DNA from: an uncultured delta proteobacterium
Lineage (GTDB): Bacteria > Desulfobacterota > Binatia > Binatales > Binataceae
DNA: 64,000 nt
Direction of reading: 5' to 3'
Assembly (NCBI GenBank): GCA_963765675.1
Contig: CAVXXK010000014.1
Coordinates: 128,001 to 192,000 of the forward strand
A program made the translations under genes and the position numbers. A model generated the notes under the pieces. That model ran no database searches. It saw only the letters and a program-made list of their open reading frames with translations, and was not told where the DNA came from. Below, piece after piece: positions 48,438-59,400 of this stretch; position 1 is the first letter of the stretch, and each line of letters starts with the position of its first letter.

Positions 48438-50340
48438 ATGCAGGAATCTCGCACACCAGAAATAATATCGGAGGCGCCGGAACCGCCTCCGGCCGGAGAT
48501 CCGCACGCGACCGTCCGGGAAAAGCTCTACGCGTTCCTTGAGTCGCATCCCGGCGGCGCCGACGCGAACGAGCTCGCGGGGCTGCTGCTCAAGGGACTCT
48601 CTGCCGACACTGAACTGGGAGCGCAGCTTGTCTATCGACTGCTTGGCGGCGATCCGAATTTTTCTTTCGACGCCGCCACTGCGATGTGGTCGCTCAAGTC
48701 GAGCGACGGTTACCGCGTCGCGCTCGACGACGCGCAATTCACTGTCGTTGATCTCGAGACTACGGGGGGCCGCGCGGGACCCGGCACGATTATCGAGATC
48801 GGCGCTTACCGGATGATCGGGCGGCGGCTGGTCGATTCTTTTTCGAGCCTGGTCCGTCCGCAGGGCTTCATCCCGCGCTTCGTGACCGGTCTTACGTCGA
48901 TCACGAATGAGATGGTCGCGTCCGCGCCGCCGATCGAGCGTGTGCTGCCGGAGTTCCGCGGGTTTATGGGCGACTCGGTGATGGTCGCGCACAACGCCGC
49001 GTTCGATCGCGGATTTCTGGACTTCGAGTACCGCCGAATTTTCGGAATCGGGCTGCGCAATCCTGTCCTGTGCACGCTCCGGATGTCGCGGCGCTACGTG
49101 CCATCGCTGCGCCGTCGCCGGCTCGATTCGCTCGCGGAGCATTTCGGCCTTTCGACCGACGGGCGTCATCGCGGACTCGGCGACGCGCGGATGGCGGCGG
49201 AGATTCTTTCGATCTTCCTCGAGATTGCGGCGAAGATGGGCATCACGCGGCTGGATCGCCTGCTCGACGATCACGGGCGCGGGCTCTCCGGCCGCCGCTT
49301 CGAGCGCCACGTGCCTGCGGAAGAGATCGCGAAGCTGCCGCATACTCCCGGGGTGTACCTGATGCGCAATGCGCGCGGCGATATTCTCTATATCGGCAAG
49401 GCGCGCCGCCTGCGCGACCGCGTGAGCTCCTATTTCAACTCGGCGGTGAACGCGAAGACCGCGGAGCTCGTCAGCCACGTTTACAAGATCGACACCCAAC
49501 TCACCGCGTCGGCTCTGGAAGCCGCTCTGCTCGAAGCGCGGCTGATTCGCGAGCTCAAGCCGACCTACAACAGGATGCTCAAATCCGCCGCGCCGGCGTA
49601 TTTCATCAAGCTCGATATGATGGACGATTTTCCGCGTATCGTCCTGACCACGAAGATGACCGCGCGCCCGGGCGTGATGCATCTCGGCCCGTTCATCGGG
49701 CGAAAAAGCCTGGACGGTTCGGTGCGCGCGCTCGCGCGGATTCTCGGTCTGCGCACCTGCTCCGGCAAGCTGCGCCCCGACGAGGATTTCTCGCCCTGCG
49801 TGTACGGCCAGATGGGCCACTGCGCCGCGCCGTGCAACGCGAGTATCGATGAAGACGGCTATGCCGGACGGGTGCACAAGGCGATAGGCTTTCTGCGCGG
49901 ACGAAGCGGCGCGCTTGCTCGGCGACCTCGCGCGCGCCCGCGACGACGCCGCCAAAGCGCTGCGCTACGAGGAAGCGGCGCGGATGCGGCGCGAGCTGGA
50001 AGCGCTCGCCACGCTGGCGAATCGCGCGTCGCGGCTTAGCCAGGTCGTGACCGAGAACAACCTGGTGATTATCACCGGAGAAGATGGCGCGCGCACCGCG
50101 CACGTGGTGCTGGCCGGGCGCCTCGCGATGACGCTGCCGCTCGATTCGCCGGACGCGGCGCGCGAAATCTGCGCGTTCATAGCGGATAATTACGATCGTT
50201 ATCGCGCTCGGCCGATCATTCGCGGCGAGCTCGAAGCGATGACGATCATCGCACGATGGCTCCACGAGCGGACGCCCGACGAAGGCCGCCTGGTCTATCT
50301 AACCGGCGCGCAGCTCGATCCGGCCGCGCTCAGCGGATGA
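48438..50340 (+). CDS. DEDD (DnaQ-like) exonuclease fused to GIY-YIG/UvrC-like domains, +1 frameshift at about 49914
   Basis: VVDLETTG, AHNAAFD, HRGLGDA, PGVYLM...LYIGKA..LRDRVSSYF and a UVR-like YEEAARMR. Confidence 0.88.
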
Positions 50341-50496
50341 GCATGTTTGCGCGCGCTATCTCTGAAAGTATAAAATCAGATAATTATGAAACGGCGTCTT
50401 ATCGGGAAGTCACGAATCAGCGCGACGAACGCCTCTCGCAACTTTTCAGATTTGCTCAACCGCGTGCGGTCGATTTCTCGCAAATGCTCCCAGTAG

Positions 50497-50614
50497 GTCA
50501 TCCTGAGCCGCCGGCGAAGGATCTCCGCGAAGCGATTAGTGCGAAGGGCCCATGTCGGTTGCACTAATCGCTTCGCGGAGATCCTTCACTTCGGCAACCT
50601 CCGTTCAGGATGAC
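50497..50614. repeat. complete REP-like palindromic element
   Basis: gtcatcctga...gaaggatctccgcgaagcgattagtgc / gcactaatcgcttcgcggagatccttc...tcaggatgac. Confidence 0.88.
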
Positions 50615-50697
50615 GGACAAGGATTCGGCATTTATCGGCAGCCTCTTGTCCAAGGACACGGCCCACCAGTTATGGAACGCTCTCCATCCGGGAGAGC

Positions 50698-51411
50698 TCA
50701 GCCCTTCAGATTCTCCGCGAACAGCGCGAGCGTGTGTGCCCACGCGTCCTTTGCTGCTGCCGCGTTGTACACGTCGGGGCGCGTGTCGTTGAAAAATCCG
50801 TGAGAGCAATCCGGATAGATCTTCACCTCGCCTTTCTTACCGTACTTCTTGAGATCGGCGGCGAGACGATCAACGTCCTTGCGCTGGATCCATCCGTCGT
50901 TCGCGTCGTAGGCATAGAAGATTGGGCATCCAAGCTTCGCGATCTTGTCGTCCGGCGGAATCTCGCCGTAGAAGGGCGCGGTCGCGGCGAGCTCGCTCGA
51001 TTCGCACGGCAGCAGCATCGCGTAGCTTCCGCCCATGCAGTAGCCGGTGATCCCGATGCGGCTGGTATGCGTTCGCTTCTGCGCGCGGATCCATCCGAGC
51101 GACGCCTTCAGGTCCGCGATGCCGTCGTCCATCTTGAGTCCGCCCATCAACTGCGCCGCGGTATTCGCGTCGCTCGCGACCTTGTGTCCCTGGCGCGAGT
51201 AAAGGTCGGGCGCGACCGCGACGTAGCCCTCGCGTGCGAAGCGCCGCGCGATCTCTTTGATGTTGCCGTTGAGCCCCCACCATTCCTGCACCACGATTAC
51301 CGCCGGGCAGGGCGCGCCATCAGACGGCTCCGCGCTGAATGCGTTGATCGTGCACGCAGGCCCCGCAAAACTGACTTCGTGTTCGATAATTTGCGCATCC
51401 GCCATCGTCAT
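50698..51411 (-). CDS. dienelactone hydrolase family protein
   Basis: QEWWGLN, APDLY, GYCMGG and HGFFND. Confidence 0.93.
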   Translation of the reverse strand: MTMADAQIIEHEVSFAGPACTINAFSAEPSDGAPCPAVIVVQEWWGLNGNIKEIARRFAREGYVAVAPDLYSRQGHKVASDANTAAQLMGGLKMDDGIADLKASLGWIRAQKRTHTSRIGITGYCMGGSYAMLLPCESSELAATAPFYGEIPPDDKIAKLGCPIFYAYDANDGWIQRKDVDRLAADLKKYGKKGEVKIYPDCSHGFFNDTRPDVYNAAAAKDAWAHTLALFAENLKG

Positions 51412-51459
51412 GAACCTCGAATGCGGCGGGCCTCATCCCCGCCGGTTCAACTGTGCGAT

Positions 51460-52359
51460 CTATTCGGCCACGTTGACCGGGATAAACCCGATCGATTTGT
51501 TGCGCAACCTGATCTGCAGAAAATTTCCGGTGATGCCGATAACGTGCACGTACTTTCTGCGCTTCACCTGCGCGATGACGGCGCTGGTTTCGTCGGGATT
51601 CTGATACACCGCCGAGTTCTTGGTCAGCAGGAAGAGCTTGTTGAGCGGCTTGATCACCGGCGCAGCGGATGCGCCCGCCGCCGGAGACGGCTGAGCCGCG
51701 GCAGTAGGCTCGTCGGCGGAAACCGCGACGCCGGAACTCTCGGCGACGACCTTGGGATCGATCGCGCGCGCCGCGGCCATCTCGGCCTCGCCTTCGCTCT
51801 GGCGGCCCGGCTCACTCTCGAGCAGGTTGGCGAGCGCGAGATGCGCTTCCGCGTCGCGCGGGTTGAGACCGAGCGCGGTGCGAATCGCGGATTCGGCATC
51901 GACCGGACGTCCTTCCTTGCGCAGCGTGTTTGCCAACTGGAGGTAGTAATTTCCGCGCGAGGGATCGAGCGCGATCGCGGCGCGATATTGTCCTTCGGCG
52001 AGTCGGTCCTGTTCCTGATCGAGGTAGAGATTGCCGAGCGCGACATGCGCGGCGGGATTCTTGGGATCGAGTTCGATCACTTTCATGAACTCGACCTGCG
52101 CGGGACCGGGCTTATGCTCGAAAACGTACAGATTGCCCATCGCGACGTGCACGCGCGGGTCGTTGGGCGCGAGCTTCTCGGCGTCGGCGTAGTCTTTCTC
52201 CGCGTCGGGAATCTTGTTGTTCTGCATCGCGGTGTCGCCCGCCTGCAGATAGTCATCCACGCCTTTGTGGCTGCATCCCGCAGCGAGGACTATCGCCAGT
52301 GCGGCGGCGCCGAACGCAGCGCCGCATCGCAGGATCAGATCGTGATGATGTTTCCGCAT
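51460..52359 (-). CDS. TPR-repeat lipoprotein with a C-terminal SH3-like domain
   Basis: Lipobox LAAGC; LDPKNPAAHVALG-type TPRs; C-terminal beta domain ending GFIP. Confidence 0.82.
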   Translation of the reverse strand: MRKHHHDLILRCGAAFGAAALAIVLAAGCSHKGVDDYLQAGDTAMQNNKIPDAEKDYADAEKLAPNDPRVHVAMGNLYVFEHKPGPAQVEFMKVIELDPKNPAAHVALGNLYLDQEQDRLAEGQYRAAIALDPSRGNYYLQLANTLRKEGRPVDAESAIRTALGLNPRDAEAHLALANLLESEPGRQSEGEAEMAAARAIDPKVVAESSGVAVSADEPTAAAQPSPAAGASAAPVIKPLNKLFLLTKNSAVYQNPDETSAVIAQVKRRKYVHVIGITGNFLQIRLRNKSIGFIPVNVAE

Positions 52360-52636
52360 CGCCAGGTTCCCCCTCCTCCATCAAAGTGCGGCACGCCGCA
52401 TCGCGCACCTCGCCGCACGGCTCCTCGAATAAGTTGAGACTCGTTCGTAAATGCTGTCAAGTGAGAAGCTTTTTGCTCTGCGGCGTGCAAATCGTCTCGC
52501 GCTGCGCGCATCGCGAGGAATCTCGCCAGCCGCATGAGCAGCCATGGAATCGGTTACGCGAACGTCTCCGGAAGAGGGCGGCCCATGGGTGAGGGTGCTG
52601 CAAGTGCGACGTACTCGGGCGATGTCGCCGCGGATG

Positions 52637-54610
52637 TTACTTGCGCCAACGCTTCTGGAACACCACGTTGCCCTCCATCTCGATCTGTCCGGTCAGTGAC
52701 ATTCCATCCTGACCAATCCAGCTCGTGGTTTTCACGACCACCTTGCCAATTGACGGCAACGTAAGCGCTATCGTTGTATTTGCGTCAACTGCGGCTCCCT
52801 CGGGATGCGCATCGGCTACGCAGGCACGCGCGATGTGATCCATCTCGAACGAGCCGCCATTGATCATGTTGCTCACCTGATGTGAACCGGTGATCACGCT
52901 GGTGCGGCCGGTCGCAAGATCGCGCTCGATCGTCCATCGCGGCGTCATCGCGACGGCGAGCGGCGAGCGATTGATCGTCGTATCGGGCCGGTTCATTTGA
53001 ACGTGGTTGTTGTTTTCTTTGGACGGCGGCGCGATCGGGATCCTCACATGGGAGCCACGCCGGCCCCCCGCATAGACGCGAATCACCGGATTGGTTCGGG
53101 TCGGAAAGATGCGCGGAAAATCCGAGCAGGAAATGCTCACGCGCAGCCGATGCCGTCGCGCGACCATGTACGACGTCGCCACCAGCGCAACCCGCATATC
53201 GATGATCTGGCCCGTGGGCACCGGCTCGGGAATCTCGAGCGAATTACGATACGCCGCCTTGAGCCATCCGGTGCTGATCAACGACGAACTGCCATCCGGC
53301 GCGACGTCACATAGCTTCACGACCAGGTTTACGTCGTCTCCGCTCTCGACCGCGATCTTGACCAACGCCTCGGCCGATCCACTTATCTCGAGGTCGGACT
53401 GCAGCGGCCCGCTGGTAAAGGCCACGGACGCGAGATCGTCGTGATTCTGATCGAGCGGCAGACCAATGCCGAGCGCGGTCGGATCCCACAAACCGGCATG
53501 CGTGCCGACCGACGGCTGCGCTTCGTAACGCTCGCTGGTCTCGTCGCCGGCAGGGTCGGTGCTCAGGTTTTGCTTCGCGCCCAGGTAATAGTTGCTGAAA
53601 GTGGTTCGCGGGACCGGCCATTTCCGCTCGCTGCGCCATCGATTGGCGCTGCCCTGTATGAAGTAGGTGACTGCGGGCTCGCGATCGATTCCGTTGTCCT
53701 GATTCTTCAGCCAGCGGTCGAAGAACCGCAACATCTCGGGCAGATAGTCAACCGGCTCATGAGGTGAAAGGTCGGGCAACGAGTGCATCCACGGTCCCAT
53801 CAGAAGTTTCTTGTTTGCGCTCCCAAGCTGCTCATACACGCGGGTCATCGCTTCCGGAAAGATGTCGCGCCATCCGCCGATCACAAACGCGGGAATTTTG
53901 ATTTGAGAACAATCAACCGCGCGCGACTGCCAGTACTCATCGTGCGAAGCATGATCCTGCCACGGAAAGATGTACGGTAACGCGTGCTCGATACGCTGTT
54001 GCCAAACTCTGTACCATCGGCCCGCCGGATCGACCAGCGTCGGCGGCATCAGGTTCATCGCGAGCATGAACGATCCCCAGGCACCAAAGGACGGCAGACA
54101 ACTCAGGCATCCTCCCGAGTAGAGAAAGTCAACGTAGATGTCGTTGGTGCCCATGATCGGCACGATCGCCTTGAGATGCGGCGGCTGCTCAAATGCGACC
54201 TTCAATGACGAGATGCCTCCGTATGACATGCCGAACATCCCGACATTGCCGTCGCACCATGACTGTGCCGCGATCCATTCGACCGCCTCGGCGCCGTCGC
54301 GCCCCTCGCCGCGATCCATCGCCTCATGAACAATTCCGTCAGAGCTGCCCAGTCCGCGAAAATCGATCAGCAGGACGGCGTAACCGCGCGCCGCGAAATA
54401 GCGGCGCGGAAATTCATTCGCCGCTCCGATCAGGTCGTCCTTGTGATAGGGGTAAAAGCTGAGCAGCGCTGGAAATGCGCCGGTTGCGTCGGGGCGATAC
54501 AGATCCGCAGCCAATGTCGAGCCGTCGTGCAGCGGAATCAAAACGTTGCGATCGACTTTGACCTGATACTTCTCATCTTTCATTCGTCTGTCCTCGATCT
54601 CCAGCACCAT
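52637..54610 (-). CDS. CocE/NonD family serine hydrolase
   Basis: DGSTLAADLYRP, WCDGNVGMFGMSYGG, GGWRD and MGPWMH. Confidence 0.93.
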   Translation of the reverse strand: MVLEIEDRRMKDEKYQVKVDRNVLIPLHDGSTLAADLYRPDATGAFPALLSFYPYHKDDLIGAANEFPRRYFAARGYAVLLIDFRGLGSSDGIVHEAMDRGEGRDGAEAVEWIAAQSWCDGNVGMFGMSYGGISSLKVAFEQPPHLKAIVPIMGTNDIYVDFLYSGGCLSCLPSFGAWGSFMLAMNLMPPTLVDPAGRWYRVWQQRIEHALPYIFPWQDHASHDEYWQSRAVDCSQIKIPAFVIGGWRDIFPEAMTRVYEQLGSANKKLLMGPWMHSLPDLSPHEPVDYLPEMLRFFDRWLKNQDNGIDREPAVTYFIQGSANRWRSERKWPVPRTTFSNYYLGAKQNLSTDPAGDETSERYEAQPSVGTHAGLWDPTALGIGLPLDQNHDDLASVAFTSGPLQSDLEISGSAEALVKIAVESGDDVNLVVKLCDVAPDGSSSLISTGWLKAAYRNSLEIPEPVPTGQIIDMRVALVATSYMVARRHRLRVSISCSDFPRIFPTRTNPVIRVYAGGRRGSHVRIPIAPPSKENNNHVQMNRPDTTINRSPLAVAMTPRWTIERDLATGRTSVITGSHQVSNMINGGSFEMDHIARACVADAHPEGAAVDANTTIALTLPSIGKVVVKTTSWIGQDGMSLTGQIEMEGNVVFQKRWRK

Positions 54611-54774
54611 GTCCAGGGCCGAGCTTCTATCTTGCGGTTCATATCGTCAAGGAAAATCGACAATTGTTGCTCCTCGAACTTGAAGGACGAATAGCTGAAT
54701 CTCGCTCTGCCAGCAGATGTGCGTGATGTCACCGCGGTTTCCGTTATTCGGCGGGTCCGTTATAGAGTGTCGCC

Positions 54775-55425
54775 GTGCGTGTGATTCTGATTGCAGCCAA
54801 AGAGCTTGGCCTGGCCAAGACCCGGCTCGGTTCGGCGATGCCCGAAGACGAGCGCGAAGCCTTGGCCGAAGCAATGTATCGCGACGTGCTGGCGGCGGCG
54901 CTCGGCTCGCATCAGGCGGAGATGGTCGCAGTCGTGAGCTCGGACCGCCGCTTGCTCGAGATTGCGCGCGGAGCAGGGGCGATGCCGATCGATGAGGGCT
55001 ACGCGCGCGGACTCAACGTCGCGGTGGCGATGGCGACAGGCGTCCTTGCCGAGCATGGCGCCACCACGCTTTGCACGCTCCTGTCCGATATTCCGATGAT
55101 CACGGCCGCCGATATCGACGCGGTATTCGGCGCGATGGAAATAGAGCCGGGACCGGGCGTGGTGCTGGTGCCCTCGCGCGATTTCAGCGGCACCAATGTG
55201 ATCGCGCGCTCTCCGGCCGGAATCATTGCTACCCGGTTCGGACGCCAGAGTCTGGCGAAGCATCTGGATGATTGCCGCGCGCGCGCGGTGCCGTGCCAGG
55301 TCCTAAGGCTTGCGCGGCCTGCGCTTGATCTGGATCTTGTAAACGACCTCTATGAATTTGTACGCTCGGCTTCGACGACCCACACCCTGAACCAGCTCTC
55401 CCGCCTGGGAATTGCGCATCATTGA
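54775..55425 (+). CDS. cofC: 2-phospho-L-lactate/PEP guanylyltransferase (F420 biosynthesis)
   Basis: AKTRL, GLNVAV, SDIP, GTN, FGRQS..KH and LDLDLVNDL. Confidence 0.88.
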   Translation: MRVILIAAKELGLAKTRLGSAMPEDEREALAEAMYRDVLAAALGSHQAEMVAVVSSDRRLLEIARGAGAMPIDEGYARGLNVAVAMATGVLAEHGATTLCTLLSDIPMITAADIDAVFGAMEIEPGPGVVLVPSRDFSGTNVIARSPAGIIATRFGRQSLAKHLDDCRARAVPCQVLRLARPALDLDLVNDLYEFVRSASTTHTLNQLSRLGIAHH

Positions 55426-55458
55426 ATCCGAACTCCTTCGCCAACGGATATAGCGGCA

Positions 55459-56226
55459 GTGGAAATGATTGAGCAGCTAGGCGCATCCATACTCGACGGT
55501 ATTGTTGCGCTCGGAAATTTCGTCCTGTTCCTGTTCTATTCAATCGTCTATGTGGTCGTGCCGCCCTACAAGGCGCGCCTCGCGATCCGCCAGATTCGGA
55601 TTATCGGCGCCGATTCGCTGCTCCTGATTCTATTGATCGGCGCATTCACCGGGATGGTGCTGGGACTGCAGGGATACACCACCTTGCGCCGCTTCGGCTC
55701 CGAGGGCGCGCTCGGCACCGTGGTCGCGCTGACGATAGTGCGCGAGCTCGGCCCGGTCCTGGCCGCGCTGATGATCGCGGCGCGCGCGGGCTCCGCGATG
55801 GCCGCCGAGCTGGGCTCGATGCAATCGACCGAGCAGGTCGATGCGCTCACGGTCATGGCGATCAACCCAGTGCAGTACCTCGTATCGCCGCGGATGATCG
55901 CGGGCATAGTCAGCTTTCCGCTGCTGACTACGATCTTCGACGTGATCGGAATCTGGGGCGGATGGCTGGTGGGATGCGGCCTGATGGGTGCGCCGTCGGG
56001 CGACTACTTCAACGGAATCGCGTCGCAGATGGGCTCGCACGATATCGCGCTTGGTCTGTACAAGGCGCTCACCTTCGGGGTCATCGTGATGTGGGTGTCG
56101 TGCTACAAAGGCTACCACGCGCAGCGGATGGCGACCGGGGTCAGCCGCGCAACCACAGAGGCGGTGGTGCTGTCGAGCGTTTTAATCCTCGCGGCCGACT
56201 ATATCCTTGGAGCGCTTCTTCTGTAA
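55459..56226 (+). CDS. mlaE: Mla ABC transporter permease
   Basis: RELGPVLAALMIAARAGSAMAAELGSM..TEQVDAL and GVSRATTEAVV. Confidence 0.95.
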   Translation: MEMIEQLGASILDGIVALGNFVLFLFYSIVYVVVPPYKARLAIRQIRIIGADSLLLILLIGAFTGMVLGLQGYTTLRRFGSEGALGTVVALTIVRELGPVLAALMIAARAGSAMAAELGSMQSTEQVDALTVMAINPVQYLVSPRMIAGIVSFPLLTTIFDVIGIWGGWLVGCGLMGAPSGDYFNGIASQMGSHDIALGLYKALTFGVIVMWVSCYKGYHAQRMATGVSRATTEAVVLSSVLILAADYILGALLL

Positions 56227-56321
56227 CATGGCGGACTTGGCAGCATCTTCCAGCGGGCGGCGCATGAACTCCGAAACCAACGGCAATACCGATCGCGGAC
56301 AATTCGAGCAACGCGATCGCG

Positions 56322-57074
56322 GTGCGCGGGCTCAGGCGCAGCTTCGGCCGCCAGGTGGTGCTCGACGCCGTCGATCTCGACGTGCCCGACGGGAAGATCG
56401 TCACCATCGTGGGACCGTCAGGGTGTGGCAAAACCGTGTTGCTGAAGCATCTTAATTTGCTCCTGCGTCCCGACGCAGGCTCGATCGTGATCGAAGGGAC
56501 GGAGGTTGTCGGGCTTAGGGGCAGCGCGCTCAACGCGGTGCGCGAGAAGTTCGGGATGCTGTTCCAGGCGGGAGCGCTGTTCGACTCGATGACGGTGTTC
56601 GACAACGTCGCCTTTCCGCTGGTCGAGAAGACCACGCTCAGCCGCGAGGAGATTCGCGCCAAGGTGCTGGAAACACTGGCCGCAGTGGGGCTTCAGGGGA
56701 TGGGCGAAAAATATCCCTCCGAGATGAGCGGCGGGATGCAGAAACGCGCGGCGCTTGCGCGCGCGCTGGTGCATCGCCCGAAAATCCTGATGCTCGACGA
56801 GCCGACCACCGGACTCGATCCGACCCGGACCGGCGCGATCCACGAACTTATCCGCGCGACCCAGAAGAAGTTCGGACTGTCGGTCGTGATGGTCAGTCAC
56901 GACGTGCCGGCCGTGTTCCAGGTCTCGGACCGAGTCGCGTTCATGCATCACGGCAAGATGCAGCTCGTCGGAACGGTCGAAGAAGTGACCGGTTCGAGCG
57001 ACGACGAGTTCAAACGCTTTCTGGCGGGCCGCGCCTCGGGCGACGACCTGGAAAACAACCAAGTGAGTTCGTAG
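56322..57074 (+). CDS. mlaF: Mla ABC transporter ATPase; true start possibly ATG 56264 via a +1 indel
   Basis: GPSGCGKT, LFQAGALFDSM, MSGGMQKR and LDEPTTGLDP. Confidence 0.93.
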   Translation: MRGLRRSFGRQVVLDAVDLDVPDGKIVTIVGPSGCGKTVLLKHLNLLLRPDAGSIVIEGTEVVGLRGSALNAVREKFGMLFQAGALFDSMTVFDNVAFPLVEKTTLSREEIRAKVLETLAAVGLQGMGEKYPSEMSGGMQKRAALARALVHRPKILMLDEPTTGLDPTRTGAIHELIRATQKKFGLSVVMVSHDVPAVFQVSDRVAFMHHGKMQLVGTVEEVTGSSDDEFKRFLAGRASGDDLENNQVSS

Positions 57075-57091
57075 AGACCCAAAGCAAGTAA

Positions 57092-57697
57092 ATGTACGCA
57101 AGCCGCACAACGCAATTTATCGTCGGGATTTTCGGGCTGCTCGGAATTCTTGCGCTCGTGATCCTCTCGTTCCGCCTCGGGCAGATTTCGATCATTCCGC
57201 CGCCCGGCTATACCCTCTACGCGAGCTTCGACAATATCGCCGGATTGAAGCCGGGCGACGAAGTCGAAATCGCCGGCGTTCACGTCGGCCGCGTGCAGAC
57301 GATCGAGCTCAAGGACGAGCGCGCGCGCCTTGCGCTGCGGATCGACGACGGCGTCGCGGTCGACAACGACGCGATCGCGTCGATCCTGACCAGCGGACTT
57401 ATCGGCAGCAAGTACGTCTCGATCGCTCCAGGACCGGGCGAGAAGACGCTGGTCAACGGCGACACGATCCGGCAGACTCAGTCGGCCTTCGTGATCGAAA
57501 ACGCGATCGGACAATTGATCAACAACGCAGGCTCATCGTCGTCGAGCAAAGATTCCGGCGGATCCGCAGCCTCGAGCGGCGGCAGCAGTGGCGACATCGG
57601 CGCTCCTCCGGGATTGGACACTCCGGCGGCAAAGTCCTCTCCCGCCGCGGCCGGCGCAAAAGACAAAACGCATTCCGCTCCTGCGAAGAAACCGTAG
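57092..57697 (+). CDS. mlaD: MCE-domain protein MlaD
   Basis: FDNIAGLKPGDEVEIAGVHVGRV and LTSGLIGSKYVSI. Confidence 0.93.
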   Translation: MYASRTTQFIVGIFGLLGILALVILSFRLGQISIIPPPGYTLYASFDNIAGLKPGDEVEIAGVHVGRVQTIELKDERARLALRIDDGVAVDNDAIASILTSGLIGSKYVSIAPGPGEKTLVNGDTIRQTQSAFVIENAIGQLINNAGSSSSSKDSGGSAASSGGSSGDIGAPPGLDTPAAKSSPAAAGAKDKTHSAPAKKP

Positions 57698-57706
57698 AAC
57701 AATTTG

Positions 57707-58378
57707 ATGGAGAATACCCAAGTGATAATGGCAACGCGTCCCCGCCCGATTGCGGGCTTCCTCAAGACTGCGGCGATGCTCCTGGTCGTGGCGGCATTCA
57801 TTTCCGCAGCCGCTATCCGTCCGGCGCGCGCCGCGGATGATCCGATGACCGTGGTGCAGCGGACCGTTAACGACGCCCTCGCCGTGTTGCGCAACAAGCA
57901 GGTTCCGGCCGCGCAGCGGCGCGATCAGCTACGGCAGATAATCTCGCGCAGCTTCGATTTCACCGAGATGTCGCGCTCGGCGCTGGGCTATCACTGGAAA
58001 CAGATCACGCCTGACCAGCAGCAGGAATTCACGACCGTCTTCACCACGTTTATCGAAGACTCCTACCTGGCCAAGATCAACGATTACTCGGGCCAGCAGG
58101 TTCAATTCGTCCGCCAGAGCAAGGACGGCGCTCAATACGGGCAGGTCGCAACCAATATCGTGCAGGCGGGCAAGGACCCGATTGCGGTCAACTACCGCCT
58201 GCTCAGCCAGAACGGCCAGTGGAAGGTCTACGATGTGACCGTCGACGCGATCAGCATCATCGCCAATTACCGCAACCAGTTTAACCGGGTGATGAACAAC
58301 CAGGGTTATCCGAAATTGATCGCCGATTTGAAGAGCAAGCAGGCTTCTCTGGCGGCTTCGCTTGGCGATCGCCACTGA
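57707..58378 (+). CDS. mlaC: periplasmic phospholipid shuttle MlaC/Ttg2D
   Basis: FDFTEMSRSALG.HW and WKVYDV...SIIANYRNQF. Confidence 0.92.
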   Translation: MENTQVIMATRPRPIAGFLKTAAMLLVVAAFISAAAIRPARAADDPMTVVQRTVNDALAVLRNKQVPAAQRRDQLRQIISRSFDFTEMSRSALGYHWKQITPDQQQEFTTVFTTFIEDSYLAKINDYSGQQVQFVRQSKDGAQYGQVATNIVQAGKDPIAVNYRLLSQNGQWKVYDVTVDAISIIANYRNQFNRVMNNQGYPKLIADLKSKQASLAASLGDRH

Positions 58379-58490
58379 GGCAGACTCCCTTGCTACAATA
58401 GCGCGGCATGGTACGCTATGCCTCGGCCAGCGCCGCCGAAAGTGCATGTCGCTTGACGACTCGCGCCGCGCAGACACGGAGAAGGAAACT

Positions 58491-59303
58491 ATGAGATCGG
58501 TTTGTAAATCGGCCGCGATGTCGCGGGTAGTGGCGGCGGTTGTCGCCACGACGATCGCTGCCTGTCTGATGCCGGCGGTGTCGGCGATGGCCCAGGACGT
58601 CGCGCCGCTCAGTAACAGTCCCGAGCGCCAGGGCGTTGTGCAACAGGCGCAGCAAACTCCGCCGGGTGAAGATCAGGGCGTCTACAGTGATCCGCTGGCG
58701 CCGTTCAACGAATCGATGCTCACGTTTAATCTCAAGCTCGACGACTGGATTCTGCGCCCGGTCGCCTCGGGCTACGCGTTTATCGCTCCCGAGGCCGTGC
58801 GCCAGAGCGTCGGGCGTTTCTTCGACAACGTCAATGTGATTCCGCGCTTCGCGAACAACTTGTTCCAGCTTCGCTTCGCCGAGGCGGGCGGTGAAGTCGC
58901 GCGCTTTGGAATCAACAGTACGCTCGGAGTCGCGGGATTCTTCGATCCGGCCGACGCGTGGTTCGGTCTGAAGGAGCACAACGACGACTTCGGCCTGACG
59001 CTGCGCTACTACGGCGCGCCGACGGGGCCATACGTGATGCTGCCGTTTCTCGGTCCTTCGACGATCGGCGACACTGTCGGAATGGTCGTCGACGGCGCGA
59101 TGAATCCGATGAGCTATTTGCTGCCGTGGTACGTATATATTCCGGCTGACGTCGGACAGCGTGTGGGTGAAGCTGTGAACTACCGCTCGTTGCATCTGAA
59201 CCAGTTCGAAGAAGCAGATCGCTACGCGGTCGACCTCTACGGCGCGGTGCAGGACGCCTACTTGCAGACCCGAGTTCACGAGACCAAAGAGCTCAAACAG
59301 TAG
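58491..59303 (+). CDS. mlaA: MlaA/VacJ family protein
   Basis: DPLAPFN, RFGINSTLGVAGFFDPA, DFGLTL and GPYVMLPFLGPST. Confidence 0.93.
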   Translation: MRSVCKSAAMSRVVAAVVATTIAACLMPAVSAMAQDVAPLSNSPERQGVVQQAQQTPPGEDQGVYSDPLAPFNESMLTFNLKLDDWILRPVASGYAFIAPEAVRQSVGRFFDNVNVIPRFANNLFQLRFAEAGGEVARFGINSTLGVAGFFDPADAWFGLKEHNDDFGLTLRYYGAPTGPYVMLPFLGPSTIGDTVGMVVDGAMNPMSYLLPWYVYIPADVGQRVGEAVNYRSLHLNQFEEADRYAVDLYGAVQDAYLQTRVHETKELKQ

Positions 59304-59332
59304 CGCGCCCGCGCTCTGTGGGCAGAAGAATC

Positions 59333-59371
59333 AAACGCGCCGCGCGACAATCGCGCGGCGCGTTTCTATTT
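59333..59371 (+). terminator. Rho-independent terminator after mlaA
   Basis: aaacgcgccgcgcga-caa-tcgcgcggcgcgttt followed by ctattt. Confidence 0.75.
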
Positions 59372-59400
59372 GCTCGGTGCTTTGCAGAAACCCTTTCAAT

